A stretch of 64,000 bases of DNA. Origin: Adineta vaga. Taxonomy: Eukaryota > Animalia > Rotifera. Both the position numbers and the translations under genes were made by a program. The stretch is taken from contig CP075494.1 in NCBI GenBank assembly GCA_021613535.1, positions 7,316,001-7,380,000 of the forward strand, in the 5' to 3' direction. Positions 24,803-39,212 of this stretch are shown in pieces; the first letter of the stretch is position 1, and each line of letters starts with the position of its first letter. The notes beneath the pieces were generated by a model. It had not been told where the DNA came from and searched no databases. It saw nothing but the letters and a program-made list of their open reading frames with translations.

Positions 24803-27318
24803 CTAAACCGTGATTGGTGAAGAGATAGTGCCTGAAAAACCCTGTATGTTTATAACACGATATAATCTATAGATACCTAAACATGTGATCTATTTTCAAA
24901 TGATTGCACGCAACGAATTCACATGTTAAACATTTGTAAAGATTCTAAAGAAAGAGACGTCACACGATGATATTTAGCTTTGTTGGAATTGTAGAATTTT
25001 CATTCTACCATTTGCCAATAGAGAACACATACTTTCGTTGAGAGATATATAGCACACATTTTTTCATCGACAACCATACTGTCGGTAATACTCATAAATG
25101 TTTTCATTTCCAGTCAAAATAAAACGACTGCGATGGAAATTATCTAAAGAAACAACAATTGAAATTTAAAGCGTAAAGTGACACCAGAATGGAATGATAC
25201 GTTTGATGCGTTTTTCTTGTTGTATACGTCGGTTTATATATCGAAAAATAAAGAGAGGAAACGATCGCGCTGACTGAACCACGAAAAGTAAGAGAAAAAA
25301 AACATAGACCAGAGAACGAAATAGACGGCAATGGTGAATCGCTCATGTTTGTTTGAGACGATAAAGGAAAAATCTTTCGATTTAGGTGTTACGAATTCTA
25401 TTCGATGAATAACTTGCTGCCTTCGTTCTCGAAAAGCATGAGTGATTATGACGAGATTTTCCTCGAAATAGTATCCAGTACTTAATGAAATAGTTCACCA
25501 ATTTTTATCTTTTGCTAAATAATTTGATTGAATCCGTCCAATGAAAATGCTAATAAGATAAATATTTCATAGGTGATGCGATCATTGATCAGATAATAAC
25601 TTTTTTAGACAAGGTGATCTTTTTCATAATGGAATTGTTTATCATCTGAAAAAGCTACCTTGATTTGAATTATGAATTATATTCTATAGAAAGAATTTTT
25701 TATAAAAAAAATAAAATAATCTATTTAATAACAATCACTAATCAGATATGATTTAACTGGATTAATCTAAAGAAAAATCAACATTATAAATATTATATAT
25801 ATGTTTTACTGTAGAAGAATTAAATCTATTCAAAGAAAATTCGAATTGAAAATCCGACAGATCATTTTTCTGTTCATTAAGACAAAATTGAAATGCTGTT
25901 AACATATCAAAGCTAAATTTAAAATCTTTTTTTCGTCGAATTTTCTTTAGAGAATATTTGGTTTTTTAACTTAAAAAACAAACAACAAAGTCTAGATAAT
26001 TAAAAATAATTTTATTTCCTTATACTTATGTATATTACACAAACAAATTCATCGTAAGAGGAAAATTTTTTAGAAGTTAAATGTTCGTTATTCATCTGAT
26101 TCACATGGATCATCATTCATCAAGTGAGACAAAACCAATATTCAAAAGATTATAATAAAATTCTTAGTAAACGTCCGTGTTAATTTAAGATCAAATTTAG
26201 TTTGTATGAACTTACGCGCTCTTTTCTAGAGGGTGTGAGTGTCAGAAAGAGTGTGAGCATACAAATCATTTATAATTCAATAGTCTCATTCACATCTATA
26301 CCACCTTTGTCCATGTCCTCGGCCACCATACAAATCTGTTGATTCGTTTTGTTGTTTTCTTCATGTCATTTGATTATAACTTAATTTTGTAGAGTGAATC
26401 TCTGAATATATCAATGGCTATGTCTCAGCATAGGCTCTCAAGTAATGAATAAAGATTGAATTGAACGTCCTACCGTTGAAGGACGAAAATCATCCATTCT
26501 ATTTATAGTATTCTCTGACAGAAAACCATCCTCATCGATATATACTTTATGCTGAAAGTTTACATGAGCATCTGTAAAACATCAGGATATTCATTTTTAC
26601 AAATAGAAAAGACAATCTATATTCATAATGTTTGCATAGTGTTCGTGCTAAACTTACACATGTAAATAAGAATGAGAATAATCTGATTATATTTAAGTAC
26701 TATCACGAGTTTGAAGAATCTAAGAATACATTATTCTTCTTGTGATAATTAAAATCTGGAAAATTGTGTCTTTTTTTATAGATTAACATATCATACACAA
26801 TTTTGACAAATTTACTTCTAATGAATACGAATCTTCGCTCTTTATTCATACATATCAGCGAAAAATTTATACCCTTTAATATAGTATGTCAATTACACCT
26901 GTAAGTAATAAGAAAAAGAAAAGAAAGAAAAAGGGATGTCTTCGCTTGAATCTTTGCCTGTCTGCCAATAAGTAAGAAAAAGTACTAACTGAACAGTAAT
27001 CATTTGAGCGCTGATAGATGGCGCTAATGAAAAAGTTTAGAAAATCTATTCAAAAACTTTTCACAGTTTTTTCAAAAACAATTTGTTTAGTTTTATAAAA
27101 AAAGATCTTTAACATTAAATTTTACTCTTGTTTTTCATTGGTGTTTGAACATTTGCTCGAATTAACACTCGCTATCATACTTCTATTCTGTTCTTTTCCT
27201 AATGTTCTGAGAACAGGAGGAAAAAAACAATAATTGACAATATAGCAATCAAATACTCCGTTCTATTTCCTTTTCCATATTCCCACTGAAATGTTCAAAA
27301 TTTGAAAGAAAAAACAAA

Positions 27319-30300
27319 ATGACTGAATCAAATGAGTCAAATGTTGAGATTGACGGTAAAATTTTTTGACATAATTCCTTACAGAAAAATAAATAAATAT
27401 TTTCTTTATTTTTCAAGAACAAGATCTATTTCGTCAAAAACTCTTATGGAATGTTAAACGAGAAGTAACTTTATTTTTTAGTTTTTCTTTTCATTCAAAT
27501 TCATATTTCATCTAGGTCAAGCAAATGATGGAAGAAGCTGTTATGAAAAAATGTATTCACGAAGAAAATTGCAGTATAACAACCTTTTCAGGTAGAAAAC
27601 TTTTCATTTCATATGTATTTGTCTTATAAATTCGACTGTTTAGGTGCTGTTGAAGCATGTCTTTTACATGGTTTGAAAAGACGTGCAGTCGGTTTATTTA
27701 AAACAAGTACAACAATGGCATTATTACAAAAAATAGCTAAAATTTGTCCATCAGCAGCAGAAGTTGTGAAAATTATTGATACTGATAGTCGTTACAGTGA
27801 AGAATCAACGAATTTATTCAGTTTTTCAAAGTATGATATACATTCGTTTGAGACATAAAACATACAGAATAGTTCTAGAAAGTTGCATTCGAGAGGGAAA
27901 TAGTTGTTAAATGCATCGAAATAATTGATTTCTGGTTTTCTATTCAAAGAAAATTAACTCGTGCTGAAGAGATTCATCGTCAATCAATTCGATCTGCTGT
28001 ATATAATCGTTACTTATGGATTCGTACTGCACTGATTCATCGAACTCTTCACAAAATTGTTGAATATATCGTCAATAATAGTTCGTACGTACATAGCAAA
28101 TTATTCATTCATTTTTATTTCTTCTGAACTTATTTTGCTTTTCTTTTTCTAGAAAATATTACGAACCTTATGCACTTGTTTGTAATTGTGTTCAAGGACC
28201 AATTCTTGCTTCATTACTTGGTACGATAAAACTTTCAAATTTCTTTCTTTTTTTTAAAATATTTTACATCTACCATAGTGGGTCCATGTGCATTGGAATT
28301 TACTGGAGTAAAAACATCTGATCATCTTTGGGCAGATCCACATGCAAATGAACTTGTTCAACGTCATCGAATGCATAGTGGTAATCGAACAACGACTAAT
28401 CCAACAGCAATGATGATCAATGTTAATGATTCACATTCTCCAAAATTTCGACCAAGATTACAAATCAATGTAAGTATCAATGAAATGAATAGAATGAAAA
28501 TCAATTTACATTGATATATTTAGTTAAAACGTCATGCAAGTTCATCAAGTGAAGATACTCAACGAAATAATCGATCTTTATCAATGACAACGAATTCAGC
28601 GAAAGATTATGTTGAATCATTACATCAAAATGCGAAATCACAATTGATTTATGGAAAAAATAATGTTTTTGTTCAACCGGTAAAGTACTTTTATTTATCA
28701 AAAAAATATCAATCTACGCTAGTCGACAGTCTCTTCATTCATTTTGCTAAAAGTACAAAAGGATATAGGTACTTTAGACGAGTAGTTTTATTTGAATTCG
28801 TTACACATTTCTATTTGTTTAGTTTATCTTTGAAGTGTTTTGTTAATTTAGTTTCCTTTTTTCTTTGATTAGATACCAGGTCATGACCCAATTCCTGGGT
28901 ATCTCTCTTTACATTTGACACATAATGGTATGGCATTAAAATGGACACCAAATCAATTAATGAACGGAACAAAATCAATGAAAGAGATTTCTCAAGATAC
29001 AAATTCATTTGATAATAACAATACAACAGATACTGCAAAGCGAACTAGTATTCTTTGGGATTATGCTATATCAGTGAATATGTCTTCAATTGTTTATCTT
29101 CATTGTCATCATCATGGTAAGAGAAAAGACAAGAGACGACGACGACGACTAATGATGATGATAATAATGACTTTCGTTTGTATATTGTAGCTGATGGTGA
29201 TCGTATAGTTCTTGTTGGTCGTGATGGTGTTCAATATCCTCCATTACATATCAAAGATAAAGGTGGACATTTATTAGCATTTTTATCTTGTTTGGAAAGT
29301 GGACTTGCACCGCATGGTCAACTTGATCCACCATTGTGGTTTGAAAAGGAACAAGGTTAGTCGAATCGTCTGAAACGATTAGAAACTATGGTGATAATGT
29401 TCGAATCTATGCAAGAGAATTTTATAAAATGATGAAATTTTTTCTCTACAATATTGATGTCACATACACAAATGATGTATTGTTATGTCATAGTTACTCT
29501 GATTTTGAAATTCTCATTTATAAAATTTACTTCTAAGGAAAACAAAATAATATCCTAATTTATTTTCTAGGCAAAGTTTTTCCAAAAATACATCGTCGAT
29601 CTGAACAATCTGCATTGTCATTAAGTACAAGTGATGATGATACGAATACACAACAAAACAGTGATGTTACAGATGAAGATACGACATCTCCGCACGGAGA
29701 TTATGTTTTTCGAATCATTTTCTTTCCTGATCGTTAGTTAAATGATATTCTGTAGTATCACGCTTTATGGGCTGTATGTTTCTGCTTTTGTTGTTGTTGT
29801 TGTTGTTGCTGTTGTACATGTAGCGTACAAAAAAGGTGTCTATACATACAAGCTATGAATGAACTTATTAAATATTTGTGTTTTATTTTTGATAATTTAG
29901 AGGAAACATTCAATAAAAAAAGTAGTCCAAGTCGGTGGCACTGGCCAATTTCACTAGCATCATCAACAAATTCTCATTCATTTTCTTCTCAATCATCTTT
30001 ATCGCCACCGGTACTTAAACAAGGTCTTAGTACATCATTACCTCCATCACCCATCGATGTATCATTGACTAATTCAGCAGTTTATGTTTCACCGACTACT
30101 GGAATACATAAAAGTCTATCTGTTAGGTAAGAAAACAAACGACTTGAATTTAACTGTGTTTTATTGTCGTGCAAGAAGACTAGAATTTAGTAAATATGTT
30201 CTCATATTTAGAACATCTATGGCTTCGCTTTGCGATACAATGCGTCGTCAAATATTATCTCGTGCATTTTATGGTTGGTTAGCGTATTGCCGTCATTTGA

Positions 30301-32172
30301 AAACAGTTCGTGCTCATTTAACAACACTCGTCTATCCAGTGTCAGTAGGAGTAAATGAACAATTACCATTAAACGTATCGTTAACTGTTGAATCATGGAC
30401 AGAGTTATTTCTTAATCAACAAAAAAATAATTTACCGGTTGATAAAAAACAAATTTATCGAAGAATTTATTCTGGTGGTTGTCATCCATCAATTCGTAAA
30501 CAGGTACAATAAATCTATTGAAAAATTCGAATTTTTCTTCTAAGAAATATTTCTAGGTTTGGCCTTTTCTTTTCTCACATTATTCATTCGACTCTACGAA
30601 TGATGAACGAATAGAAATCGATCAAATAATAACTACACAATATCAAAAATTAACCGAAGAATGGCAAAGTGCCGAAGAAATTGTGACGAATCTTGAAGTT
30701 CAACGTTCGAACTCACTGAAAATTCTAACAACTCAAACTGAATCTTCACCGGTGAAGAATGTTTTTGCAAAAGTACCATTACCAACTTTTGATTCATCAG
30801 ATTGGAAAGAATCCAATGATGTCTTTGATGAAGTATATAAATTCAAAATTAATCTTATATTTTTTTCTAAACTTTCAATAATTTAGGATTTGACAATACA
30901 TACTATTACTATTCCAATTGAAGAAGAAACTGAAGATTCAAGTATGACATCAAATCCCTCAGTACTCATTGCACGTACACGTACAGAATCTGTTATTGAT
31001 CGTTCGTCACCTTATAATATTATTGAAACAAGTACTGATGAAGAAGAAGACGATGATGATGATACTGAAAGTAATAAATCAGTGAAATCTACAGAGAATA
31101 ACCATGAACAACGTATGTCACCAACATCAAGTATTACATCAGGAACAGATGTATACATGGATGCTATCGACGATTTAAAAGATAATCAATCAGGTAAATT
31201 ATTCTTATGTGATAATATACAATAATTTATGGAACGAATTTAGATGGTTCATTAACACCGATATATTACGGATCATTTTCAAAAGACATAATCGATTCAT
31301 TTGCAACAAATATACATCGAATTGATAAAGATGTAGCCAGATGTGACAGAAATTATCCCTATTTTATGAATACAAATAATTTAAAGAAACTACGAAATAT
31401 TATGTGCACGTAAGTTATTTTTGTTGATTGCTTCTTTAATAATTTTCCTTCTTTAGATATGTTTGGGATAATTTATCGACTGGTTATATTCAAGGCATGT
31501 GCGATCTTGTAGCACCATTATTAGTTCTATTTGATGAAGGTTGTCATTTCAATTGAATATTTAAATATAAGTTTCGTGTTTTTTTTGAATTTTAGAAGTG
31601 ATTACTTATAGTTGCTTTTGTCAGGTAATGAAACGTCTTTTACCAAATTTTCCACATGGAACTGGTATGGATGAGAATTTTGGTCATATGCGTTCATTGT
31701 TACAAATTCTCGATTTTGAACTTTATGAACATATACATCGTACAGGTGATTTCACTCATTTCTATTTTTGTTATCGATGGTTTTTACTTGATTTCAAACG
31801 AGGTAAATATCACTTATTGATTTGATGAATTATTTCATATTATATTCTATATAGAGTATGTTTATGATGACATTTTTATGATGTGGGAAGTCATTGCTGC
31901 TGCACGACGTACAATTTCTAGACGATTTGTTTTATTCATTGCTTTAGCAATGATGAAATCATATCGAGATATTATTCTAGATAATCGAATGGATTTTACC
32001 GATATTATCAAATTTTTTAATGGTTCGATTTGTTCATTGAAATTTTCCATATGATTTTCATTTCATTTTTTATTTACATATAGAAATGGCCGAACGACAT
32101 GATGCACAAGAAATTCTTCGTATTGCACGTGAACTTGCATTGGAATTACAAAAATTAATTGATAATAAATAA
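27319..32172 (+). CDS. SGSM: Small G protein signaling modulator (SGSM1/2-like; RUN + TBC Rab-GAP), multi-exon
   Basis: [93 protein letters not shown]; TBC fingers [10 protein letters not shown] and GYIQGMCD; [13 protein letters not shown]. Confidence 0.95.
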
Positions 32173-33778
32173 AATAAATTCGTTGACAAACGGTGAATGT
32201 TTATTGTCTTATATAAAAAAAAGGATAAATTTTCTTTTTTCTGTTGTCTGTTTGTTTCTGATCGTTAATTCTTCTGTTTTCTTTTTCCTTCGTTATAAAT
32301 TTATTTTAAACGTATAAGTCATATAATTATATCTATTAATCTCTCTATTTTTGGACGTTGTTTTCATCTAACAATTTTTTTGTTATATTTATGTGTGTAT
32401 GTAAATGTCTTCATTTATCGTTGTGACTTTTGAAACAAATATTTTATGTTGTTTTATTTAACGTTGTTATTTTAAATTAAATATTACTTATTAAAAGAAA
32501 AAAAAAGAATTTCTTTATATAGATTGTCGTGGAAACATATATATATATATGAGGGAATGTTTTATTTATCTCAATTATACTTTTTGTCATACGATGCATT
32601 TTTAGCAGACAGAAAATTTTGAGCGACCTCTCACGCAAGTAGAGACGTGGCGTCTATTAGTCGATCATCGCATCAATAGATCCAACCAAATTCTGTCAGC
32701 AGATCTATGATGTATGCATGGCATGGCATCGACTATGTTTCGATACAATCAAAAAAAAATTCTCATTTCTATCTTTACGTGAAAATGAATCTCTATCATG
32801 ATCGTCTATGTACTTTTAGCATTCTTTTCTTTTGATTTAAACATCGATTAACTACACTACGTATTTCGTACGTTGTTAATCACAATTTCATCATCTGTTC
32901 TATGTCATGACATAAAAGAAAGTATATACTGTGAGTTATATTACAACGACAAGTAGGGAAAAGGCAATATTTCTACTAAAGAAATATGAGAAATCATAAT
33001 TATAGATACTTGTTGAACCGTCCTTATCATTAAGATTATTGAATAGTAAAAATTAGAAGCTGAACGATAAGCATTAGATTGATGAAAAATATTACTTTCT
33101 ATTCGAGTACGAATATATTGAAAACATGGAGATTGAATGATGTACTTAGGTAATCGAAAAATGTTATAATCATTAGTTAATTAGATGGATTCATTTTGTT
33201 AGCCTCATGGTGTGCATTCTTTAATAAGCATCGAACTACTTTAACACATATATAAGTATGACAGAAGGAACACAAACGTCACTATTAGAATGTGCGTGAT
33301 AGAAGAAAAGAGAAGGCTTCATTAAGTGTGTTTCTATGTCTATTCATTCTAGATTGAAATAAAAGTAATAGATACAATAAATATGTAACTATTTCAAATG
33401 GTTGAACTCTCAGAGAAACAAAGTCAAAGATGTAAGTCAACAAATCAATTTTTTTCAGTTTTAATTATACAAATATATATCTTGACATTTCTGATTTAAT
33501 ATAATAAGTTGTGATGAAAATGAGATAAAAAATTGAAGATAATGATGTAGTTTGCTATTATTCATATATCGACTGAAGAAATGTATCTTTGATGAAGTAA
33601 AAAAGTACTTGAAACCTTTTGGTGCCATAATAGTAAAGTTAATTCATTCTGCTCGGGGATATAAATGCACTCGAACAGCAGAAAAAGTCAATCTGTATAG
33701 CTACACTATAGGCTTTAATAATAGCAAAGATACTGTATTTTTCTTTCTTATAGAAATGAATAATCTTAAGAGATAATA

Positions 33779-35034
33779 ATGATATGGTTACCAGTTCGAC
33801 ACCGAGTGGTATTCAATATGTATCAACGATTAATGCGAAATTCTTGTCTCATAATGATTCTTCTCATCATGATTATATTCAGTTTTTCATCATTCTTGTC
33901 GAAGTCGAGATTTTTTTCACGATCATGTCCAACAAAATCCAAAGATATTGAAGAATCTCGACAGAAAGATGATAATATGTCATCATATAAACCAATGCTT
34001 TTTATTGGTGGTATGCCACGAAGTGGTACAACATTAATGCGTGCAATTCTTGATTCTCATCCACTTATTCGATGTGGTGAAGAAACAAGGGTGATACCAA
34101 GAATATTAAGTATGAGAGCTGCATGGAAAAAATCGCCCATAGAATGGAATCGGTAGGATACTTGACTTTGTGAATATATTTTATTCTTTTCTTTGATAAT
34201 AGACTCATGGCTGGTGGTATGACAGAAGGTATTCTTGATTCTGCTGTTCGTGCATTTGTTTACGAAATTTTACTTCGGCATAGTCAATCAGCTGATATTC
34301 TTTGTGATAAAGATCCATTTGTTCTGAAATATGCAACTTATGTTGCATCTATTTTTCCAACTTCGAAATTTCTTCTCTTGATACGTGATGCACGTGCTGT
34401 GATACATTCTGTAATGACACGAAAAGTAACAATAACTGGTTTTAGTTTAACTGATTATCGACAAAATTTAAGGTTATGGAATAAAGGAATTGAAACAATG
34501 TTTCAACAATGTCAACAAATTGGTACAAATCGATGTGTAATGGTCTATTATGAACAACTTGTTCTTCAACCGAAGAAAACAATTGAAAATATATTAAAAT
34601 TTTTAAATGTATCTTGGGTGGATAGTGTTCTTCATCATGAAGAATTGATTGGAAAGAAAATTTCCCTGTCTAAGTAGAGTTTTTTCTTCGTGAATATAAG
34701 AAAAATAACAACAAATCTTCTCCTATTTATTTTTTTGTATAGAACGGAACATTCATCTGATCAAGTGATCAAACCAATCAATCTTGAAGCATTAACAAAA
34801 TGGTTTGACCACATACCGGCTGATGTTAGACGAGAATTGGATACATTAGCACCAATGTTAAAAAAACTTGGCTATGATACACAATCAAATACACCATCGT
34901 ATGGTACTGCTGATCCATTGGTTATAGAAAATATGAATAAATTGAAAGAGAATGCTGAATTTTGGAAAAATAAAGAAAAAGTTTATTCACGTCAGTCACC
35001 TCATAATAACAATCTCTTTGATAAATCGATCTAA
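33779..35034 (+). CDS. TPST: Tyrosylprotein sulfotransferase, 3 exons
   Basis: Type II TM anchor; PAPS-binding [21 protein letters not shown]; [34 protein letters not shown]. Confidence 0.96.
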
Positions 35035-35343
35035 ATTTTGATAGAATATATTGTTTTTCTCGCTTATTGTATGTTACTCATGAAAATGACTATCATCGTT
35101 TTTTGAAAATTGCTTTATCGATAATATTGTACAATGATGTGAAGTTATGCTTTCTGTTATATGCGAAATATTTTCTTCTTTTGTTTATAAAGTTCGATGT
35201 TTTTGACTTTTTATTCTACTCAATGATACCGTAAATAAAATGACATGTTACTATTTTAAGAAAAAGAACAATCATGTTGATCAGATTCTCATTTGTGATC
35301 CTCACCGTTTATTTAATTATTATAGAAATCAGAAAAGAACTCT

Positions 35344-38184
35344 TCATTTTTTATTTTTCGTTTGTTCATCATCAATAACAATCATCGCCAATTGACTGCG
35401 CGATGCGAGACCCTTCTCTCGCTGCATTAAACAACGATTATATTCGATTGCATTCGATTGTAGTGTTGAATCACAATGAATCGGTTGATAGTGAACACGT
35501 AATGATTGATCAGGTGCACGTAAAATATGTATGTCAGTTAATTGAGTGAAAAGATCATGAAGATTGCTGGTTGATAATGAAATATTATGGTATAAAATGA
35601 GCTTTTTCAAAGTGAAATAATCACTCATATAAAGTCCAATTTGATCATATGCATAGGAATTAAACCAACCATTGAATTTATGTAAATCAATTGTCGAATT
35701 ATCGATCAAACGATGTGTACGTGCAATAATTTGTGGATGATATTGATAGAAAGCAATAGGAAAGAAACATTGAGTATTTTCAATGACATTCAATCGACAA
35801 CGAGATGAGAAATCAGAATCAATATCAACATATGGATTTGTAATAAATATTAAAGAGTTCATGCGAAGTTTTGTTTGAAAAAAATCGAGTAAATATATTG
35901 GATGTGAATAATGAGGTATTGATGTTGATGGAAGGAGTATTGTATGATATGTAATGATTAATTTTGGTCGTGTTTCAAGTATTAAATTAATTTCTGAACG
36001 GAGAGTTTCAAACCATTGTTGTGTGTGAGAATATTCTTGTTTTGTTGTCGCAATATGTGTCAGAAGTAGTTCAAATCCATCACAAACTTCATGTTCAAAT
36101 AGAGTTTTATTGGCATGACGAAGAAAACGTATAGCGACCGATTGTTCATTCGAATGAACAGGTAATATTAAAAAAAGTTTGACTTTTTCAGTCACAAATG
36201 GCATTGGAACGATTTCAACTAAACCTACATAAATAGATCATGTATATATCGTCTGTTTTCTTTGATAGTATTATTTACCTAATGGTCTCATTAATTCTGC
36301 ACGTTTCACAAGTTCATTTTTATTTTTATCGGTAAGAATCAAATCAAGAATATAATGTGTACCGCGTGTGGGATCAAATTGACGATAACCATTTTGTAAA
36401 TGTTTAAACTTTAAACTAAATACAAAAAGAAGAAAGTAGATTTTTAACGAATTTCAAAAGAATCTCATTTACTCAGTTCCATATTTCTTCTGAAATTCTT
36501 GTACTGAGTGATCGATCACTTCATGTATATCTTCATAATCATTTTCTACAAAGCAAAAAAAAACAAAACCTAGTTGTGATAATTTAGACATTTTCAAAGT
36601 ACATACGTTTTAATACATTAATCACATCACTATCTGTTTTCAAATACATATGTGATTCATTGAAATAATCCCATCGAAGAACATCGAAACGTGTAGGTGG
36701 TTTAAATGGTGGTGGTACTCCTACTGGCCAAGGAATATTTCCACAACCTTCAGGTGCATAACAAGATAAACTTTCAATTGTTTTCTCATATTTTAGTATT
36801 TCTTCCGTCATTTCATTGATTTCAACTTCATTGAAATAGCTACGAAACAAAAATAAAACATAATTACTTAAAAACAAGTATGATATAGAACTTATACTTT
36901 TGAAGTTTTAACATTGTTTCCATATCATTAATTGGATGCACAGTTAATGATTGATTGAAAGTATCACTTTTTGCTAATTTATGAATACTTGTATCGAATT
37001 CAAAACGATAATCGACATAAGCATGAAATTGATTATTCTAAAAAATAAGTCATTTTATTTTTACATATACAGAATGAAACAAAATACATACACTAGCAGT
37101 ATTTGTGCATGGTAATTTTGCTGTTTTCAAAACACAACGTCCAATATTATCAGTTAAATCTTGTGAATACGCATTTTTTGTACACCAATCAAGTTCATCA
37201 TAGATTTTTCGAAGTACTGTCTACAAACACGCATCATTGGACAAAAAAAAGAACGTTTCTCTCAAAAACAAATCTTTGAACTTACTCCTGAAAGAATAAT
37301 ACCAGATCCAAAATAACAATACACAGCATGAACATCATCGAATGATAGTCCCATGTACAAATCTTGACTGATACTTATATGGCTAAGAAATTCATTCAAC
37401 TAAAACAAAACAAATTTTTCTTTTCTTCTGACAAAAACTTCTTTTCGATTAATTTTACCTTAAAACCACGAATATAAGTATTGTCCGGTACGAGTACAAA
37501 CCAATCATATGTTTTAATTAATTTTTCTGTAAGATATTTTAATACATAGAATGGTTTTAAATATGTTCGTTTATCATGTATAGCGACAACTTGCATTCCT
37601 TTCGGGAAATCTTGCACAACATCATCAATAAAAAACAGAACACGATTAACATGATCTTGTAATGTTTGATTAAGAAACAACGCAAATGTATTCAAATGAT
37701 TCGTTTCAGTTAAAACAGCAACAAGAACTTTTTCACGAATACCGAGCTCATCAGCAATATAACGTGGTCGTGAAATTTTAGGTACAGGTGGTGAACGTGT
37801 TGTTGTTGTCGTTGTAATGTTACTATTGTATGTTGGTTTAATTGGTACTGCTTGTAATGGATGAATTTTTGGTTCATAATCTTTACTTCCATAGTCGACA
37901 AGAGTTATATCAGCAACTGAACGTGCTTGACGATTTAATATTCGAAATGGATCAAATTTGTCACGTAATGAAAAACTTCCATTAAGAATATGAAAATCTG
38001 ACGATGAAGAAAATGTTTCCGATAGAATTGATAATGAACTATCACATATACTCATTAGTGGTACACTGGCAAGACTTAAGAGAAAGCCAAGTGCAAGACC
38101 AACGAGGATTGAGAATATATAACGAGATTTTAAACGTGTACGATGAAAAAGAAGTGAGATTTTCTGACGAGATGAACCAGCCAT
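35344..38184 (-). CDS. CHPF: Chondroitin polymerizing factor (CHPF/CHPF2, mig-22-like), 8 exons
   Basis: RPRYIADELGIREKVLVAVLT, YDWFVLVPDNTY, WPVGVPPPFKPPTRFDVLRWDYF, GYRQFDPTRGTHYILDL, CRLNVIENTQCFFPIAFYQYHP, GLASRSQLAM. Confidence 0.92.
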
Positions 38185-39212
38185 ATTGTAACGAATAAAA
38201 TCACCGGAATATGCGAAAAATATAGGTCACTGTTTGTAGAAATAAAATGGTGTAAAGTATACGTGCGTAAAGTAATTATTACTAATAAAAAGTCAGACTT
38301 GTGTCATTTCTTCTTTTTCTTTCTTCCTACGTGAGAAAAACATGTAAAATAAATATAAACATTCGTCGATGTTGCAATATTATTTTTCTTTAAAGAAGCT
38401 CACTCACTTTTGGATGAGAGTATCAAGAAGGGTGAAAGAGAGAGAAGTGATTTTGTGCATATTTTTATTCGTTCTCTTTTAGAATTATTAAGAAGAAGCA
38501 GAAGATGATTAGAAACGATGCGATGAGAATCGAAAAGAAAGAAAAATATGTTTTACGTTTTTTGTTTGCCAATATGAGATGCTTACCTATTGTAGAGAAC
38601 AAATTCATTCATTCATTCATTCATGATGTGCGTATATATCAACGATGAAGAATATACGTACAAAGAGAACGATCAAAAGTAAGAAAGAAAGAAAGAAAGA
38701 AAGCTTTATACAATGTACATATTGTCTTTAGATGTTCTTATGAGAGTAACTGTAGTCGTACCATATGACATATAGACATTGTCATTTTGTGCCGAAGAAA
38801 AAATGAAATATTCCTGATGGCAAATAATCATGAGTGAGATCACTTATGAATGCCGATCTTTGTTGTTTTCATATGCTTTGAAACGCTTGTAGAGTAAATG
38901 AGCATAATATATAAATATACTTCGAGGTATATAGAAATCATAAAAAGCGATACGCTTATCATTCTAGTCGGAGGCAATACTCTTTTGAAACATGCGAGAA
39001 GAATCAAGTTGTTCTAATCAATTAGGTAATTTATGATGTCTGTTTTTTTCTTATCCTACATATGTAGTGTTGTCATATCTATGATTTGGTTGATGCTGTT
39101 TTTGACAAAATAACGTATGTATATCTGATAGAATAATAATTTAGACTGTGTTTATTGAAAATGAATAAAATTTAGAAAAGTTTCGTGATTAAATATCAAT
39201 CAGTCATTTATT

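Noticed and set aside
28872-28902. ATACCAGGTC...CCTGGGTAT resembling the MITE termini
   Set aside because: It is SGSM coding sequence ([14 protein letters not shown]); a chance palindrome.
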